A DNA stretch of 53,861 nt, filler included, from Sphacelaria rigidula (lineage: Eukaryota), in the NCBI GenBank assembly GCA_964200075.2. It is 3 parts of 3 records of this genome, joined end to end, with 100 filler letters (N's around TTAATTAATTAA, not from the genome) between each part and the next. Parts side by side here need not be neighbours in the genome. Positions count along the whole stretch, not along the records: positions 35,977 to 53,861 come from CAXNAA020000972.1; 2 more parts are not named here. The stretch is one strand, 5' to 3'. The translations under genes and the position numbers were made by a program. Below are positions 36,557-48,615 of the stretch, one piece after another. Under the pieces are notes generated by a model. That model was not told the origin of the DNA, searched no databases, and saw only the letters and a program-made list of their open reading frames with translations. Within the stretch, counting starts at the first letter, position 1; the number at the start of each line of letters is the position of its first letter.

Positions 36557-37170
36557 ACTCTCGACGTTGCGCAGTACACTTCCCACATCGTGTTCGTACT
36601 GTCTGTAGAATTGTTTTGTCCACGGTTGGGTACATTTTCCATATAAAATGCAGGGGTAACATCTGGGCGAATTGCAGGTGAGGCAATCGCCGAAATATCC
36701 ACCTGCAAGCTCTGCTCCAGTGCACTGTAAGTTGATATCGCTAGAAGGACACAACCATGATCACCTTGCCGGCTGCCACACTGTCACAGATTTTCAGGAC
36801 GTAGGATCCGCTAGCAGTGCTACTGTCAGGTACGTTGTGGAGCATGATACTCGATGTCGATCATCCTTGTACATGGGCACCAAACGCTGGGGGTTCTTAC
36901 TCGAGACTTTGATTTGGAGAATGATACTAGGTGGGCAGCGGCAACTGCTGTTTGTCCAGGTCCCCCTTGGAGCGGGGTATCCCCAAAAAAACGAAATCGA
37001 TAGAGGGTTTTAGAGTGGAAAACTCTAGCAAAAAAAGTGTTGCAAGAATCCGATCGCAAGAATCAGGTCGCAAGAATTCTGACGCAAAAACGGAGTCGCA
37101 GAAAACCAGTTAGTCGAATTTTACCTGCAGCAGAAACCAACTTCACTTCGTGAAATTGGAATGACTTGCA

Positions 37171-37528
37171 GGGGTGTCTGCTCGAAGAAAAGATGGAGTC
37201 CGGGTTGACAGGGTTGCAGCCGGAGCAGCTTGTAGCTGAGGACATGCCTTGCATGCTCGAAGCTGCAGGAATGTGTGATTCGCGTAATGTGAGCGAGCAG
37301 AGCGAGCTTGGGGCTCGCCAGGCTCATGTCGAATCTATCTGCGCCAACTTTATGGCGGGAGATTGTTCAGATTATTCACAGGGGTTTCTGCTTGAAGGAA
37401 AGGTGGATGCCGGGTCGGCGGAGTTGCCGCGGACCAGCGTGTAGCTGAGGACACGCCTTGTATGCTCGAAGCAGGAGGGATGTGTGGCCCGTGTGAAGCG
37501 GATAGGCAGAACGAGCTTCAGGCTTGCA
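37171..37528 (+). repeat. diverged tandem duplication, period ~210 bp
   Basis: GGGGTGTCTGCTCGAAGAAAAGATGGA...GTAGCTGAGGACATGCCTTGCATGCTCGAAGC (37171) vs GGGGTTTCTGCTTGAAGGAAAGGTGGA...GTAGCTGAGGACACGCCTTGTATGCTCGAAGC (37381). Confidence 0.8.
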
Positions 37529-37849
37529 ATACTATCAGCGATCACAACTCCTAAGGCGACGTCGAGCGTTTCGTGGTGTTGAGGTGATCGTATGCATCGC
37601 TCTTTGCATGGGCAGGTTTGGCGTATTTGGCGGCGTTGATTAAGTCGTCCATGCCGCTCTACGGTCAGATGCTCAAGGCGGATGGTGAGATGCCATCGGG
37701 AGGTGTTACTGTGCGGGACTGTATGGCTGCTCTCGCTTCGTCTCTCGTTTCCTCTCGTTTCCTCTGCAAGAGCAACTGAAGAGTTACATGAAACATCATC
37801 AACACGTTACACGAAGCGGTGACACTTCAAGTTTGCGATGAATTTTCAA

Positions 37850-39400
37850 GCCCTAGAAGATTGTGCTTCAATGAAAACCAGTGAGTCAAATGTTCTGTAA
37901 TGCGCAAACATTTGTGACGGCAGAAGATTTATCGCATTGGCTTGACGGTGTGGGTATTCCGTTTGATGGTGTGCTGAGCGGCACAATGAAGGTGTCAGGT
38001 GTAGCTGGACTGATGGTGCAAGGAACGAGTCTTCGCGAGGAAAGTCTGCTTCATGGTGTGATGAGGTTGTGCTTCGAGCGCTGCTGCTTCTCAGGAGCGG
38101 GCTGGAGGACTGCAAGGAAGGCATTACCTGAGATGCTTGATGTTGTGGTGAGCGCAGGGTTGGGTGATGTTGAGGAGCAAGTGCTGAGGTGACTAAGTGC
38201 TTGTTGAGAATGAGGGAACACGTTATAACGTGCATTCCTAAACCGTGTTGTGGACGACTGTAGGTTGTTGTGGTGTGGTTTATGGCCGTGTGTGTGCTGC
38301 TGCTTGCGCATGAAGCATGACGGTTGAGCGAGTATGGTCGTACTGCATTTTCTGGGGGAAATGCCGGCGTACACACCAATGTTTGGAATCTGTGTTGTGC
38401 TGCTCTGGTTAGCACCCATGATACATGCTGCTTTCTGCTGAGAAGGTGGCATTGCATATGCTGAGTGAAATATGAGCATGCATGAGAGGATTTTTCGCTC
38501 GAATGTTACTGATGTGCATGGCGTCTGGTGAAGAGTCAGGATCGGGCAGTCTTCAATATACTGCCGTGTGCTGAACGAAGTGAAGCTCGTACAATCTTGT
38601 TTTGCGCAGACAAACAGTGAAACTGTTTTTGTGCGGTCAGCACGTACTGACTGTAGGAAATAGTAATTGCTGCTGTTGACGCAAAAATAAGCTGAACCGA
38701 CGAAATGCGTAGACTCGTGTGTGGGCAAGTGTAATGAGAGTGTTCCCAGTGGTTGCAGATGAAGAAATGATGGGCGCATTCATGAACGATCTTCGACCGT
38801 GGCACGTTTATTTATGGGTTGTCTTGTGTTTGGACGAGCACGTGAATGGTTTTTCGCTTTTGTCAGAAGGAGCATGTGGATGGTGTGTATGGTGTGTCCA
38901 TTTGTTCGGAAGGAGCGGTGCAGACGGGCTGTAGTAGCGTTGCGCAATTAATTCGTATACTATTGCTACATTTCGGCTGATGCACGGGAGAGGATATGAC
39001 GGTCAAGAGTCCGAGTAAGATTATATGAAAGCTTCCTGGGGTATACTCGACAATTCGAGCTCGAAAATGGGATCGCTACGGGTGATGAATGGTGGCGGAG
39101 GTCGAGATCCGTTCGCCATTGTTGGGTCGTTGTGCATGGCTTGAATAGTTATTTCAGTCGTGGCTTTCTTTCCGTTGCCTTCGTGAATTGATTGGCGAGA
39201 TGAAGCTTCAAAGCGAGGGAGAGGTGTGTCATGAACACGTTTTCACGGAGTTGAACGAGCACGAGGCCAGGTGCGTTTTAGACGTCTTGGATACTTGACT
39301 TATTCTCGCTGTTGCACTCTGTCGTGCAGCTGTCAAACGTACGAAGAGTGCATTTTGTATCTTTGGATCTGCCTCGTCTCGGATGAGACACAATCACTGT
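37850..39400 (+). pseudogene. decayed Ty1/Copia LTR retrotransposon relic
   Basis: Frameshifted words in Copia RT order: GVMRL...GL, EQ...CLLRM, GTGGACGAC (VDD), LGEM..Y. Polypurine GAGGGAGAGG followed by TGT at ~39215-39228 is PPT/LTR-start-like. Confidence 0.45.
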
Positions 39401-41548
39401 GGTCACGAATACCTTGGAATTTGACGTTCGTTGACGTTTGAGGGGTTTCTTCGCTGATGTGGAGAAAGTATACTTGTTTTGGGCAAGAGTTTGCGAACCT
39501 GGCGCTAGCTATCGCATGTAACTCGGAGTGGTACAGGCTGGTTCACGGCGATCACCCAAAATTGTGTCATCAGCGAATGCCTTCCGCAATACGTACCCAA
39601 TAGTCGTATATATGGTTTCATACTGACCGCAATAAAGAGACCAAGAGGGTGACATAGCCGGATTTTTGTTCAAGGCCGTAGCGGTGGCGCTAGGGACGAA
39701 AATGCCTCGGCCAATCAGCGCCCTTCAAACTGTTCCGAGATCGAAATTACGAATACCAAGCCCAATTTTCACCCAATCTCTACATGCTTCAAATCGTAGT
39801 AACCGTCATCGACACGAGAATCTAACGAGGAAATCGTATTTGTAAAACGGGTACTACGGGGGTCGAATTATACCCGAAACCGTGATGTTTCGGTGATGTC
39901 GGGTGTTGGTGTCGTCTAATTTCCCCTAATGATACGCACGAAAGACCCAGGGAGCCTCGTGACGGTGTCCCCTATATCTGTTGTAGAAAAGCTCAGGTAG
40001 AAAAGCTCAGATCGCCCTCAAACTCGGCAGTTCCGTAGGAATTGATGCTCAAAATGGAAATTTGTATTCTTGACAATTTATCATGTTTTCTCCGTTCTCT
40101 ACCCGCTTCCGGGAGTCCCAGCATGAAGACCCCCGGAAGGCGGTACAGAATGCCCTAAAAGGAAAATAATGAAATGATGCATCCTGGGAGAGTCCAAGGA
40201 ACACATGTACAAAGTTTGGTGGAGAAACTCGAAAAGATCATAGAGTTTTTCTTGCCTTGACGTGAATTTCACCCCAAAAGACGTTTCCATACTAAAACCA
40301 AGTAGTTAGGAGTTGCACGTTTCAAGCCCACGTCAACAGAACGATACTCACACTTTTTTCACCCATTATACTGCAGTATGTATGCGTGTAGGTCTTCCGT
40401 ACGATGGAGAACTTGTCGGGGTGAATCATTCAGAGAGAGCGTCGCAACGCGCAACCTTTAACCTTCACGGAAGGAACCAACAGGAGTTTCTTGTTACTAC
40501 GTCGCGAGGCTCTGTCATCAGAGCAACTGTGCATCAACCACGGGTACATAGAGCAGATGAGACTGCCGTGCAGTACAGTACAGAAGGGTAAATTGCTTGA
40601 GTTATACAAATGTTTTCATTTCTTTCTACAAAACAAAAATTCTCGAGACATAGGCCATCCATCCTTGCTTCAAAATGGATCCAGCACCCGATGTCTCCCA
40701 GAACCACGCGGTTTCACGTTTACCGGGTGTTTCGTGAACCACAGTCGTGCTTGGCAAATCTGTCTGATTTGATGCCGAATCGGTGTAAAAGCGGACCCGT
40801 TTTTATTCCGAGTTGGCATTAAAACGATTACATGCCAGGTCAATATCATACCAGTATTTTTCGGGGTGCACTACCCAGTATAAAGTCGAGTCCACCACTT
40901 TAACCATGATGGTGGTCGAGCTAGATCGTGTTGTCCGGGGTGGGACAACCTTAATTCCGTGCAAAGAGGATAATCATATACTGCGTAGTTTTTGAACGGT
41001 GAGACACCCATGAGGCAGTGTGGAACCTGTGGCTGTCTCTGGCAAAGGCGACACCAGAAAATGAAGCAACCCATCGGAGGCTGTTATTCATATGCAAGAC
41101 AATCAGTATGCAGCTCACCCTTCTCGCGACTCGCCGAACACATACCAGCGCTTCGCGCTGGGTGGCTGAGTGCGAGCCTGGTCCGGCGAAAACTCGGCGT
41201 GCTCCGTCCCGGCTTCGTAGGTATGCGAGGTCAATGGTGTTATGACTACGACATGCAAGATCATGAGTACACCCCCGCGCGCGCGCTCAGATTCATCGTC
41301 CCCCAAGTGCTTTCATCGTTTCCGGGCTTCTTTTCTGCTTTCCGTCATATTTCGACCCCCCCCCTCCCTCGGGACGGGTCCATAGCCTGAAGAGATCAGC
41401 CAATCTCTCCAGCGGTACATGCTAGCGTCACGAATTGGATCACCGCTGCCGCACTGCGTCGACTTTCGTCACATCATGGTTTGCTGTTTACGTCTGTAAG
41501 TATTCTACGACGGAAGCCAAATATTTTTGAGTGAAATAAGCATCTGCT

Positions 41549-41623
41549 GGAACCCGAATCTTGAACCCCGACCTAACCGGCATGATAGTCATCACTTTAA
41601 CTTGGACCATGGGGGCGCGGCGG
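41549..41623 (-). mobile_element. degenerate tRNA-like SINE head
   Basis: Minus strand CCGCCGCGCCCCCATGGTCCAAG...GGGGTTCAAGATTC; same leader as family 1. Confidence 0.5.
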
Positions 41624-42290
41624 TGTTGACAAGTGCATGCGATCGGTGGCTCTACGTAAGCCCAGAGGCGGTCACACCGAGGAGTAGCGACGTACGAATT
41701 ACGAAAAAAAAAGCAGGAAACAAACCCCGGATCAATCGTACCCCACAGCAGAGGTGGGGTAGTGAGAGAAGGAAAGAGGGAAGGGGGGGCGAGGTTTCAC
41801 GTGTCCAATCCTGAATAGTGGAGCCCCGCCTGCATGCCCTGATGAAATTAGCTCGCCTACCATTGTAACGCCTGAACATATACACACAATGATGGTTACA
41901 GTCGAGAGATCAGAGTGACACGGGTGGCGCAATTTTGGGGTGATGTTTGCACCGCGAAAGGGAAAACGCGTACGAACTGGGCCAGCCAAGAGTACGTGTG
42001 AATCTCGCTCAGGCGACGCACGGCGCGATATTAGGAGTTGGACGCTGAAATTTTGACAGCAGCTTTTCATGATCTAAATGCAGAAGGTCACGTGGGCAGC
42101 GAAGAAAAAAGAAAAAAAAATTATAGGCATTTGAAATTTCAGCAAAAACGAGATAATGCCGTAAGTTCAGGAACAAAATGAGAATCTGCAGCTGGACACG
42201 TGAAGTATGAGTCCCTTGGGTGCAGAAGGTCTTGCGAAATTTCAGCTCAAGAGTCGTCGAATTGGGCCGTGCGTTCAACATTCTCCGTGA

Positions 42291-42540
42291 CGCTGCTGCA
42301 CCCCTATAAATCAAGTGATGGGAGACTCCAATGATGGAGGTCATGAGTTCGAATCCCGACAGATTCTTTTTTTTTTGCCGTCCGTCGTTGAGGTCAATCA
42401 TTATGCAGTACATTTTTCTCAGTATTTTCTTTCATTCAGCGGCGGTGCCGTGTGTCACGAGGTTGGTCTACACTTCACAGTGATATGCTTACATCGAGTT
42501 CATTCGGGAAACTGGGGAAGCTGTGGTGTGATCAAGTTTT
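42291..42540 (+). mobile_element. tRNA-derived SINE, family 3
   Basis: CGCTGCTGCACCCC...ATGAGTTCGAATCCCGACAGATTCT, then CGTCGTTGAGGTCA..ATTATGCAGTA..TTCACAGTGATATGCT. Homologous to 49620-49877 (-). Confidence 0.7.
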
Positions 42541-43580
42541 AGCAGCTTTTAAGCTGGCTTAGCTCGTACCAATCCTGAGATGTGGGGCACGTGTTGCGAG
42601 TCTTCACCATAGATGGGTCGTATCGCCGTACTTCATGCTCACGCGGAGCGATTTGGGGGGCAATTTTTTGTCCTCATCATTTTCGTGTGCCAGCGGGGTT
42701 TTGAGCTTTCAGTACTTGGACGCAATTCGAATTTTGAAGGACACCAGCCTCGGCTGATTATAATAGTGTCAACTTTTCTGAGATGAAGGGTGTGTAGCGC
42801 ACTGAACTGATGATAATAATCGCCTCAACAGTAGCTTCAGGCTAGAGGTTTCGGGTTATATGGCGAGAAAAACGTCTTACGAAATCGACGTCGCCCGGTG
42901 AATTCCTACACATCCCTGTTGGAGATCTTCATATAGAGAGCGAGCGTTAAGTCTGGATCCAGGGCAGTGTTCCTCACTATTTTACGGAGGAACGTTGTTA
43001 GTTGGAACAAAAAACGCGCGAAGACGAAAGATGGAGAAAAAACGTGCGAATGATAATTTTAGTTATACCCGTCCACACCATATTTTCATCTGCAGTTTTC
43101 AGGCAAAATCAAAGGGATGACATGTATAGTGGTATGTACCGTAAGAAAGCTGGCAAATGTGGCTTCCCAACGAGAGTGGTTTCGTCCTCGGGCGTATCGT
43201 ACAGCATGCAAGATGTCATGTTGACTATGACAGCACTGTTTATTGTACGGGGGTAGAAATACCGTCCCCACATCCCTGAAGAAACACGCAAACGACGTAT
43301 CGATGAAAACCTTGGAATATGACCGAGAGAGCTCGTAAAGGCGTTCATCAAAATTTGAAAATGCGCTCGAGATATGCCCAATTGAAGTGGGGGTCTCCAG
43401 ATCACATTGTGTCCCGTAGCTATGCCCCGCAAGAGAGGTAGGAAAACAGCAGCGCCTCCTGGCACTGCTCCAAAAGTGACGAGAAGAAACAAGCCATACG
43501 CGTACATCAAGAGGAAGGAGATGGGAAAACGTGAAGAAGTGGCTGCAGAGAAGGAAGCCGTTGCTGCAGACAAGGCAGCC

Positions 43581-44440
43581 GTTGTTGAATTTGACGTCAA
43601 CACGCCGGAGATATGGCATGCCATATGTCCAACCCCTGATCCATGATCGCGTGGACCTTGCGGTTCATCCGAGCTGCTGTTTGTTGAATTTGATGTCAAT
43701 ACGCCGGAGATATGGCATGCCATATGTCCAACCCCTGATCCATGATCGGAGGGGCAGCGACTGGAATAATTCACGAAATGAGCCTCACCCTCTTCTGTGC
43801 TTCTATTTTATTGCTTTTTTCTTGCTGAGTGTTGATCGCGTGGACCTTGCGGCTCATCCGAGCTGCCGTTTGTTGAATTGGACGTCAACACGCCGGAGAT
43901 ATGGCATGTCATACCTCCAACCCCTGATCCATGATCGGAGGAGCAGCGATTGAAATAATTCACGAAATTAACCTCACCTTTTTGTGTGCATTTTTTTTCG
44001 CTCTTTCGTTGCCGAGTGTTGATCACGTGGACCTTGTGGTTCATCCAAGCTGCTGTTTGCTGAATTTGACGTCAACACGCCGGAGATATGGCATACCATA
44101 TCTCAACCCCTGATCCATGATCGGAGGGGCAGCGACTGAAATAGTTCACGAAATGAGCCTTACCTTCTTGTGTGTTTTTTCTTTCTTGCTTTTTTGTTGC
44201 TGAGCGCGTGGACTTTGCGGCTCATCCGAGCTGCTGTTTGTGGAAATTGACGTCAACACGCCGGAGATACACCATATCTCGACCCCTGATCCATGATCGG
44301 AGGGAAATCAAGAGGAAAATTTCAGGAAAAAATTACGGAATGGCCCTTCACTTTTTGTGTGCATTTTATTTCTCAAGTTTTGTTGCTGGCCATTGTTCAC
44401 GTGGACCTTGCGGTTCATCTGAGCTGTCGTTTGTCGAAAT
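43581..44440. repeat. tandem array, ~188-bp unit (about 4 full units plus flanking partials)
   Basis: Unit GATCGCGTGGACCTTGCGG.TCATCCGAGCTG..GTTTGTTGAATTTGACGTCAACACGCCGGAGATATGGCAT...ACCCCTGATCCATGATCGGAGG plus a T-rich part. Units start ~43645, 43834, 44021, 44204, 44396. Confidence 0.92.
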
Positions 44441-44564
44441 CGATCCCAAAATGGTTGAGCTACGTCTTTTCATGCATCCATTCCTATCAACAATGTTCCC
44501 CCGTGAGTAGTGAGCCCGTTCTGTATATTTCTTAGTTTCACCGCTCGATTACAGTTGCACTCAC

Positions 44565-44757
44565 GAACAAGCACCGTCTGCGTTGGTCTCCCGTCGAAAT
44601 TGCTTCTTGCAATTCCGGCAAGTGCTGGTCGCACCGCTATCCCCAGCGCCTGTTCCTGCTGAAGCCACCGCGCCACACTCGTCTTCATTTGAAATTCCTC
44701 TCAATGCTCTCAATCCCGTGGTGTCACAATTGGCTCGATACGTACCGTCAATAACGC
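44565..44757 (-). CDS. exon 3 of a putative plastid-targeted CxxC zinc-finger-like protein
   Basis: gttgttttttcggctgcttacaacgcag|G acceptor, TTC|gtgagt donor, phase 1/2. Peptide (G)VIDGTYRANCDTTGLRALRGISNEDECGAVASAGTGAGDSGATSTCRNCKKQFRRETNADGAC(S). Confidence 0.75.
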
Positions 44758-44969
44758 CTGCGTTGTAAGCAGCCGAAAAAACAACGAACGGCGCGCAGCC
44801 CAGCAGCCGTTCAACAAGTACGACGATAGGATGTGCTGCTTTGGGAGCGGCGGAGTGGATTAGGCGATTATGTGGTCGGGGTATACAAGACGGCATTGAC
44901 AGGTTGCCGTCTTGTACGAACGCAGCAATTATCAACGTTCGCAGCCTAGGGGCAATCACGTGAGCTCAC

Positions 44970-45020
44970 CAAGCCAACTACGTGGTGGCGTGCAAATGTT
45001 CACGGCCACATCTGCTCGAA
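44970..45020 (-). CDS. exon 2 (51 nt) of the same gene
   Basis: actgtctgcag|TT acceptor, TTG|gtgagc donor, phase 1/1, open frame (V)RADVAVNICTPPRSWL. Confidence 0.6.
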
Positions 45021-45169
45021 CTGCAGACAGTACAGTACAGGGAATTGTGAAATGCTCTCGACATACGAATGCATCCGTCCTGCATATATCCTTTTATAGT
45101 ATAAATGTGCCCACTGCTTGCGGAAAAAAACTGAGCTGCTCATCTGGGTACTTTAGGGTGTGCTGGTGC

Positions 45170-46469
45170 CAGGGTTGCATATCGGACCTAGAATAAAGTT
45201 CGATACGATATCTTTAGAATATCGACCCACAATCGGCGGTACCGGTATTTTTCTCGATACTATTCCGAGAATGACACGATACGTATCGAGTATCGATATT
45301 CGATACGATACGGCTGTTTTGGTATGGCCGCAGTGTACAACACCGAGCGGTACACTGGCGCACTGGCACCCTGACTTACTTTTGTAGATTGCATAAGATA
45401 CCACATCCCCCAGACTGATTTTCAAAGCTCATTTACTCCTTACCAGAGACGATGCCGGGGCTGAGCTGGCTGGCTTTGCAACCATCTCGTCGAGAGCTTT
45501 CCAAAGCGTGTCGTTTGATGTTGGCACCCTCTTAGTTGTGGAGTAATCGAGCTATGAAAATCGCTCCTGAGAGGGTGGTACCATATGCAGCCTACTGTAG
45601 TTTCCAGTTTACAGCAGTGAACACATGACGTACAGCAGCGGTAGTATGCAAGTTGACATCATAGCAGTGGCATGCGGTGATGCAGCTGTCTGACGAATAC
45701 ATTTCGCCATCGTGCAAGAGGTAGTCGATCACAGCGGACCGGGTGTGGTATTGATTACCTTTATTTCTACGGCCATTACTCTGCGTGCATCGATCGAATG
45801 GGGGCGTACCTCGTCTCTGCGCACTCATTACAAAAGAAAACGCGCAAAACTTCGAACATGCGCAAACTCAAATGCACGCCCTTATTTTTTTCAACGTTTT
45901 TCACCATCAAAGAGAAAACGTCGGCAGCATGCGTCGAATTGCCATCTTTGGATGCCAAGCAATATATGAATGTGTAGACTGAGCGCCTGTTTTTTCGAGA
46001 CAAAAATAGAAGCGTAGAACAAAACAAGCGGCAATGAAAGAAGCATGTTGATCGATTGCCGGGAAGGTCAATGGTTGTGGTGACTAATCGACATGTTTTT
46101 TTTTTTCGTTCCACGCTTCTTCTTTTTTGTCTCGATAAAACAGGCCCTTAGTCTACGCATTTGTATATTGCTTGGCATCCAAAAAGTGTGCAGGCGACCT
46201 TATAGAGGGGCGGGGGGTGGGGCTGAAACAACTGGGGATCTGCTGTTCGGAAAATATCACCCCCCCTACAGTTCCTGTGATCACGGGTTCGAGAGATTGA
46301 GCTGATGTGACGAAAAGGGGCCATATATCGAGCGTATCGCAGTCGATATCGATATTCAACATCGATCCAGATGGACAAATACCGGTTTGCTACGCTCCGA
46401 TATCGATACTGCGTATCACCGATGTTTATCGAAATCGTATCGACTACCGATATCCGATGTACAACCCTG
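45170..46469. mobile_element. hAT-like non-autonomous element (1300 bp) in intron 1
   Basis: TIRs CAGGGTTGCATATCGGA and TCCGATGTACAACCCTG; ATCG/CGAT-rich subterminal arrays at both ends. The 8-bp flanks GCTGGTGC and GCTGTTTT match at only 5/8. Confidence 0.75.
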
Positions 46470-46801
46470 GCTGTTTTGTAGAAATAGGCAAGAATAGTGC
46501 TTGTCACTTGCAACACGCCGCCTGGCCGAATTTCCACCTATTTTCCGGTCACCAAATCATTCGGCGATACCTCCTAGCAGCACATATCTTTGAACACCAT
46601 GATGTCGTCGATCCGTTCGACATAGCAGTACATCACTAGAGAAAACTTGCACGGACAATCGGGACACCTTCTGAGCCCGCTACTCGTACACCTTTGAAAT
46701 GTGCCAGCTGCGCGCGATAACATCAACATCACCGACAACAGTTCAAGCACAAACAGATACTATCTACTGTTTGTACTGTGCCGTACTGAGGAAGTTCGCA
46801 C

Positions 46802-46955
46802 CTGTGACTGATGTCCCAGCACAGGAAACCCGCCTAGATATGGGTAGAGAGAATCCATCGCACCCTTCCATTACGCCAGGAAATATGCAGGTAGCCCCTG
46901 CTAACACCCACAGGCACAACAACCGCCGCACCGCACTGGGGATGACACGGCACAT
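46802..46955 (-). CDS. exon 1 of the same gene: signal peptide + start of transit peptide
   Basis: ATG at 46955 (alternative in-frame ATG at 46988). Peptide MCRVIPSAVRRLLCLWVLAGATCIFPGVMEGCDG/FSLPISRRVSCAGTSVT; donor ACAG|gtgcga, phase 1, compatible with exons 2 and 3. Confidence 0.68.
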
Positions 46956-47563
46956 GTTCAGTTTATCTGTCGTCCGTGGCAGAAACATGATCCGTCGAAA
47001 GTTGTGACGGCGGTTGTTTTTCCGCTGAACGGCAAATAGGGAAGCCACACAAAATCGAATAGATGGTATCCACAATATTCTTACGGGCTAGAGGGAGAGA
47101 GATAGATGAAAGTAATGAGTTGCTGCTGGAGCTGTATCTCGAGTATATCTCACGACGCAGCCTGGGTGGGTCAACCCGTCACATGATTTTGTTTTGTTTG
47201 TGATACCTTGGCTTGTTGCTCATACCCGCAGTCATATGATACCAGGTAGATAGAGGCGGCTATGGCTTCTTCTCTGGAATTGCATGCAGTCTGTAGGTAC
47301 CACCGAACCCTGCAGAAAGTGAATAAATGGAAAGTAATGTGTCTGATTACTGAGCAAGATATGTTTCAGAAGAGCGAACGAGGGGTTTTTCCATGACCGC
47401 AAAACAATCCACAATGGAAAATGGCCATATGTATGACCAGCAGGATCGCGGATCGAGGTTCTGTTGGCTTTGCTCTAGCGTTTGCGGTCTGTTGGCTCAG
47501 GGGGGAGTGACAGCTGGCGCTTTTGTACCTTTCTGGTGAGAGTAGTTCCCTCCACTGCTCCAG

Positions 47564-47687
47564 ACTCCATTGCTATATCCGTCTCCCCTTATTGGGCGTA
47601 CCTCGGAGCGCTCGCTGCCCTGGTGTTTGTTGCTATGAGGGTGCCATGGAATGTCAGCGTGGTGGCATTTGTGGGAGGCATGAAGGG
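47564..47687 (+). CDS. candidate isolated exon encoding a hydrophobic (membrane-like) segment
   Basis: ccctccactgctccag| acceptor and GG|gtgagc donor. Peptide SIAISVSPYWAYLGALAALVFVAMRVPWNVSVVAFVGGMK; no family recognised and no convincing upstream exon. Confidence 0.3.
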
Positions 47688-48541
47688 GTGAGCGTCCATT
47701 ATCTAAACATCAACAATACGAACATGTTTTGCCTCGTTTAAGTACCTATTCAACTGCACGTATATGTCGGTGGTTGGATGGATGGTCCGTCCCACCTCTG
47801 CAGAGCTTTTTCTTGGCATTTTGACGGTGCCGTCGTCTCATACCCAAGGGTAGGGGGGCGGGGACGGGGGGGGTGGTGTCTTCGTGCGGTTGACTTGATC
47901 TTGCGCACGATACCACACCATGCTCTGTGCTCGCGTCCTTCAACAACTAACTGGCACTATGAGGTACATAGATACAGATCTCGCCGCTGCCGTATCGCCG
48001 TCTAGAACAGCGTATGCTGGCTGTTTCTGGCAGCTTGCACGCAATAAGTGTGACTTTGTAGTTTTGTTGCAGGCGGGGGCGGTTCGCCCTGTGACCACCG
48101 TCCCAGAACAATCAGTACTGAAGTTTTAATTATGGCCTGACTTGCTCGCTCAGCTTCGCTTTCCCCCCAAAAAATCAGACGAACCGTAACGATGATCATG
48201 ATCGCCAAAGTAGCTAATTTGTGGAGTAACCTCCCCTGAGAACGAGGCAGGCACCAGACCTCTTGCGGCACACACTGCCCCGATGTGTCACCAGGTAGAT
48301 ATATCCCTATGAGGTGAGCCGAGCTCTGAAGGTCGCGGAGCTCTGAGTGGATACGCCAAGCCACACGGCTACTTGAAAAGCATGTGTTTCCCCGCTGACC
48401 GCGAGAGTAGGTTACCTGCCGAATCGGCATCAATTTCACTTGGAAAAAATATGTGATCCATATGAACTACCCGCATTTAGTGCATACTGCGAGAGTAGGG
48501 GAATCCTGCAAGAAGAGCAATGCGGTAGTCCATCTCGATCA

Positions 48542-48615
48542 CGCATACTTTTTTCAGGCGAAGATGATATCGATATCATATCGCATACTTTTTTTCAGGC
48601 GAAGATGATATCGAT
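48542..48615. repeat. ~40-bp direct tandem duplication
   Basis: CGCATACTTTTTT(T)CAGGCGAAGATGATATCGAT twice. Confidence 0.85.

Noticed and set aside
37846..38779. 203-aa and 242-aa minus-strand ORFs
   Set aside because: His/Thr/Ser-rich antisense of a GT-rich decayed Copia relic.
41008..41026. Candidate exon 4 of the zinc-finger gene (would give C-S-F-H-T-A-S-W)
   Set aside because: It fits the expected C-x2-H, but the donor is weak (gtgtct) and a stronger AG lies 12 nt upstream. The read-through frame lacks further motifs, and about one such match is expected by chance. Left untested.
43109..43774. 221-aa minus-strand ORF
   Set aside because: Largely the antisense of the repeat units and the Ala/Glu/Lys ORF; no recognisable domain.
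43581..44440. CRISPR array or hammerhead retrozyme
   Set aside because: Units are ~188 bp with homologous 'spacers', there are no cas genes, and I found no CTGANGA...GAAA core on either strand.
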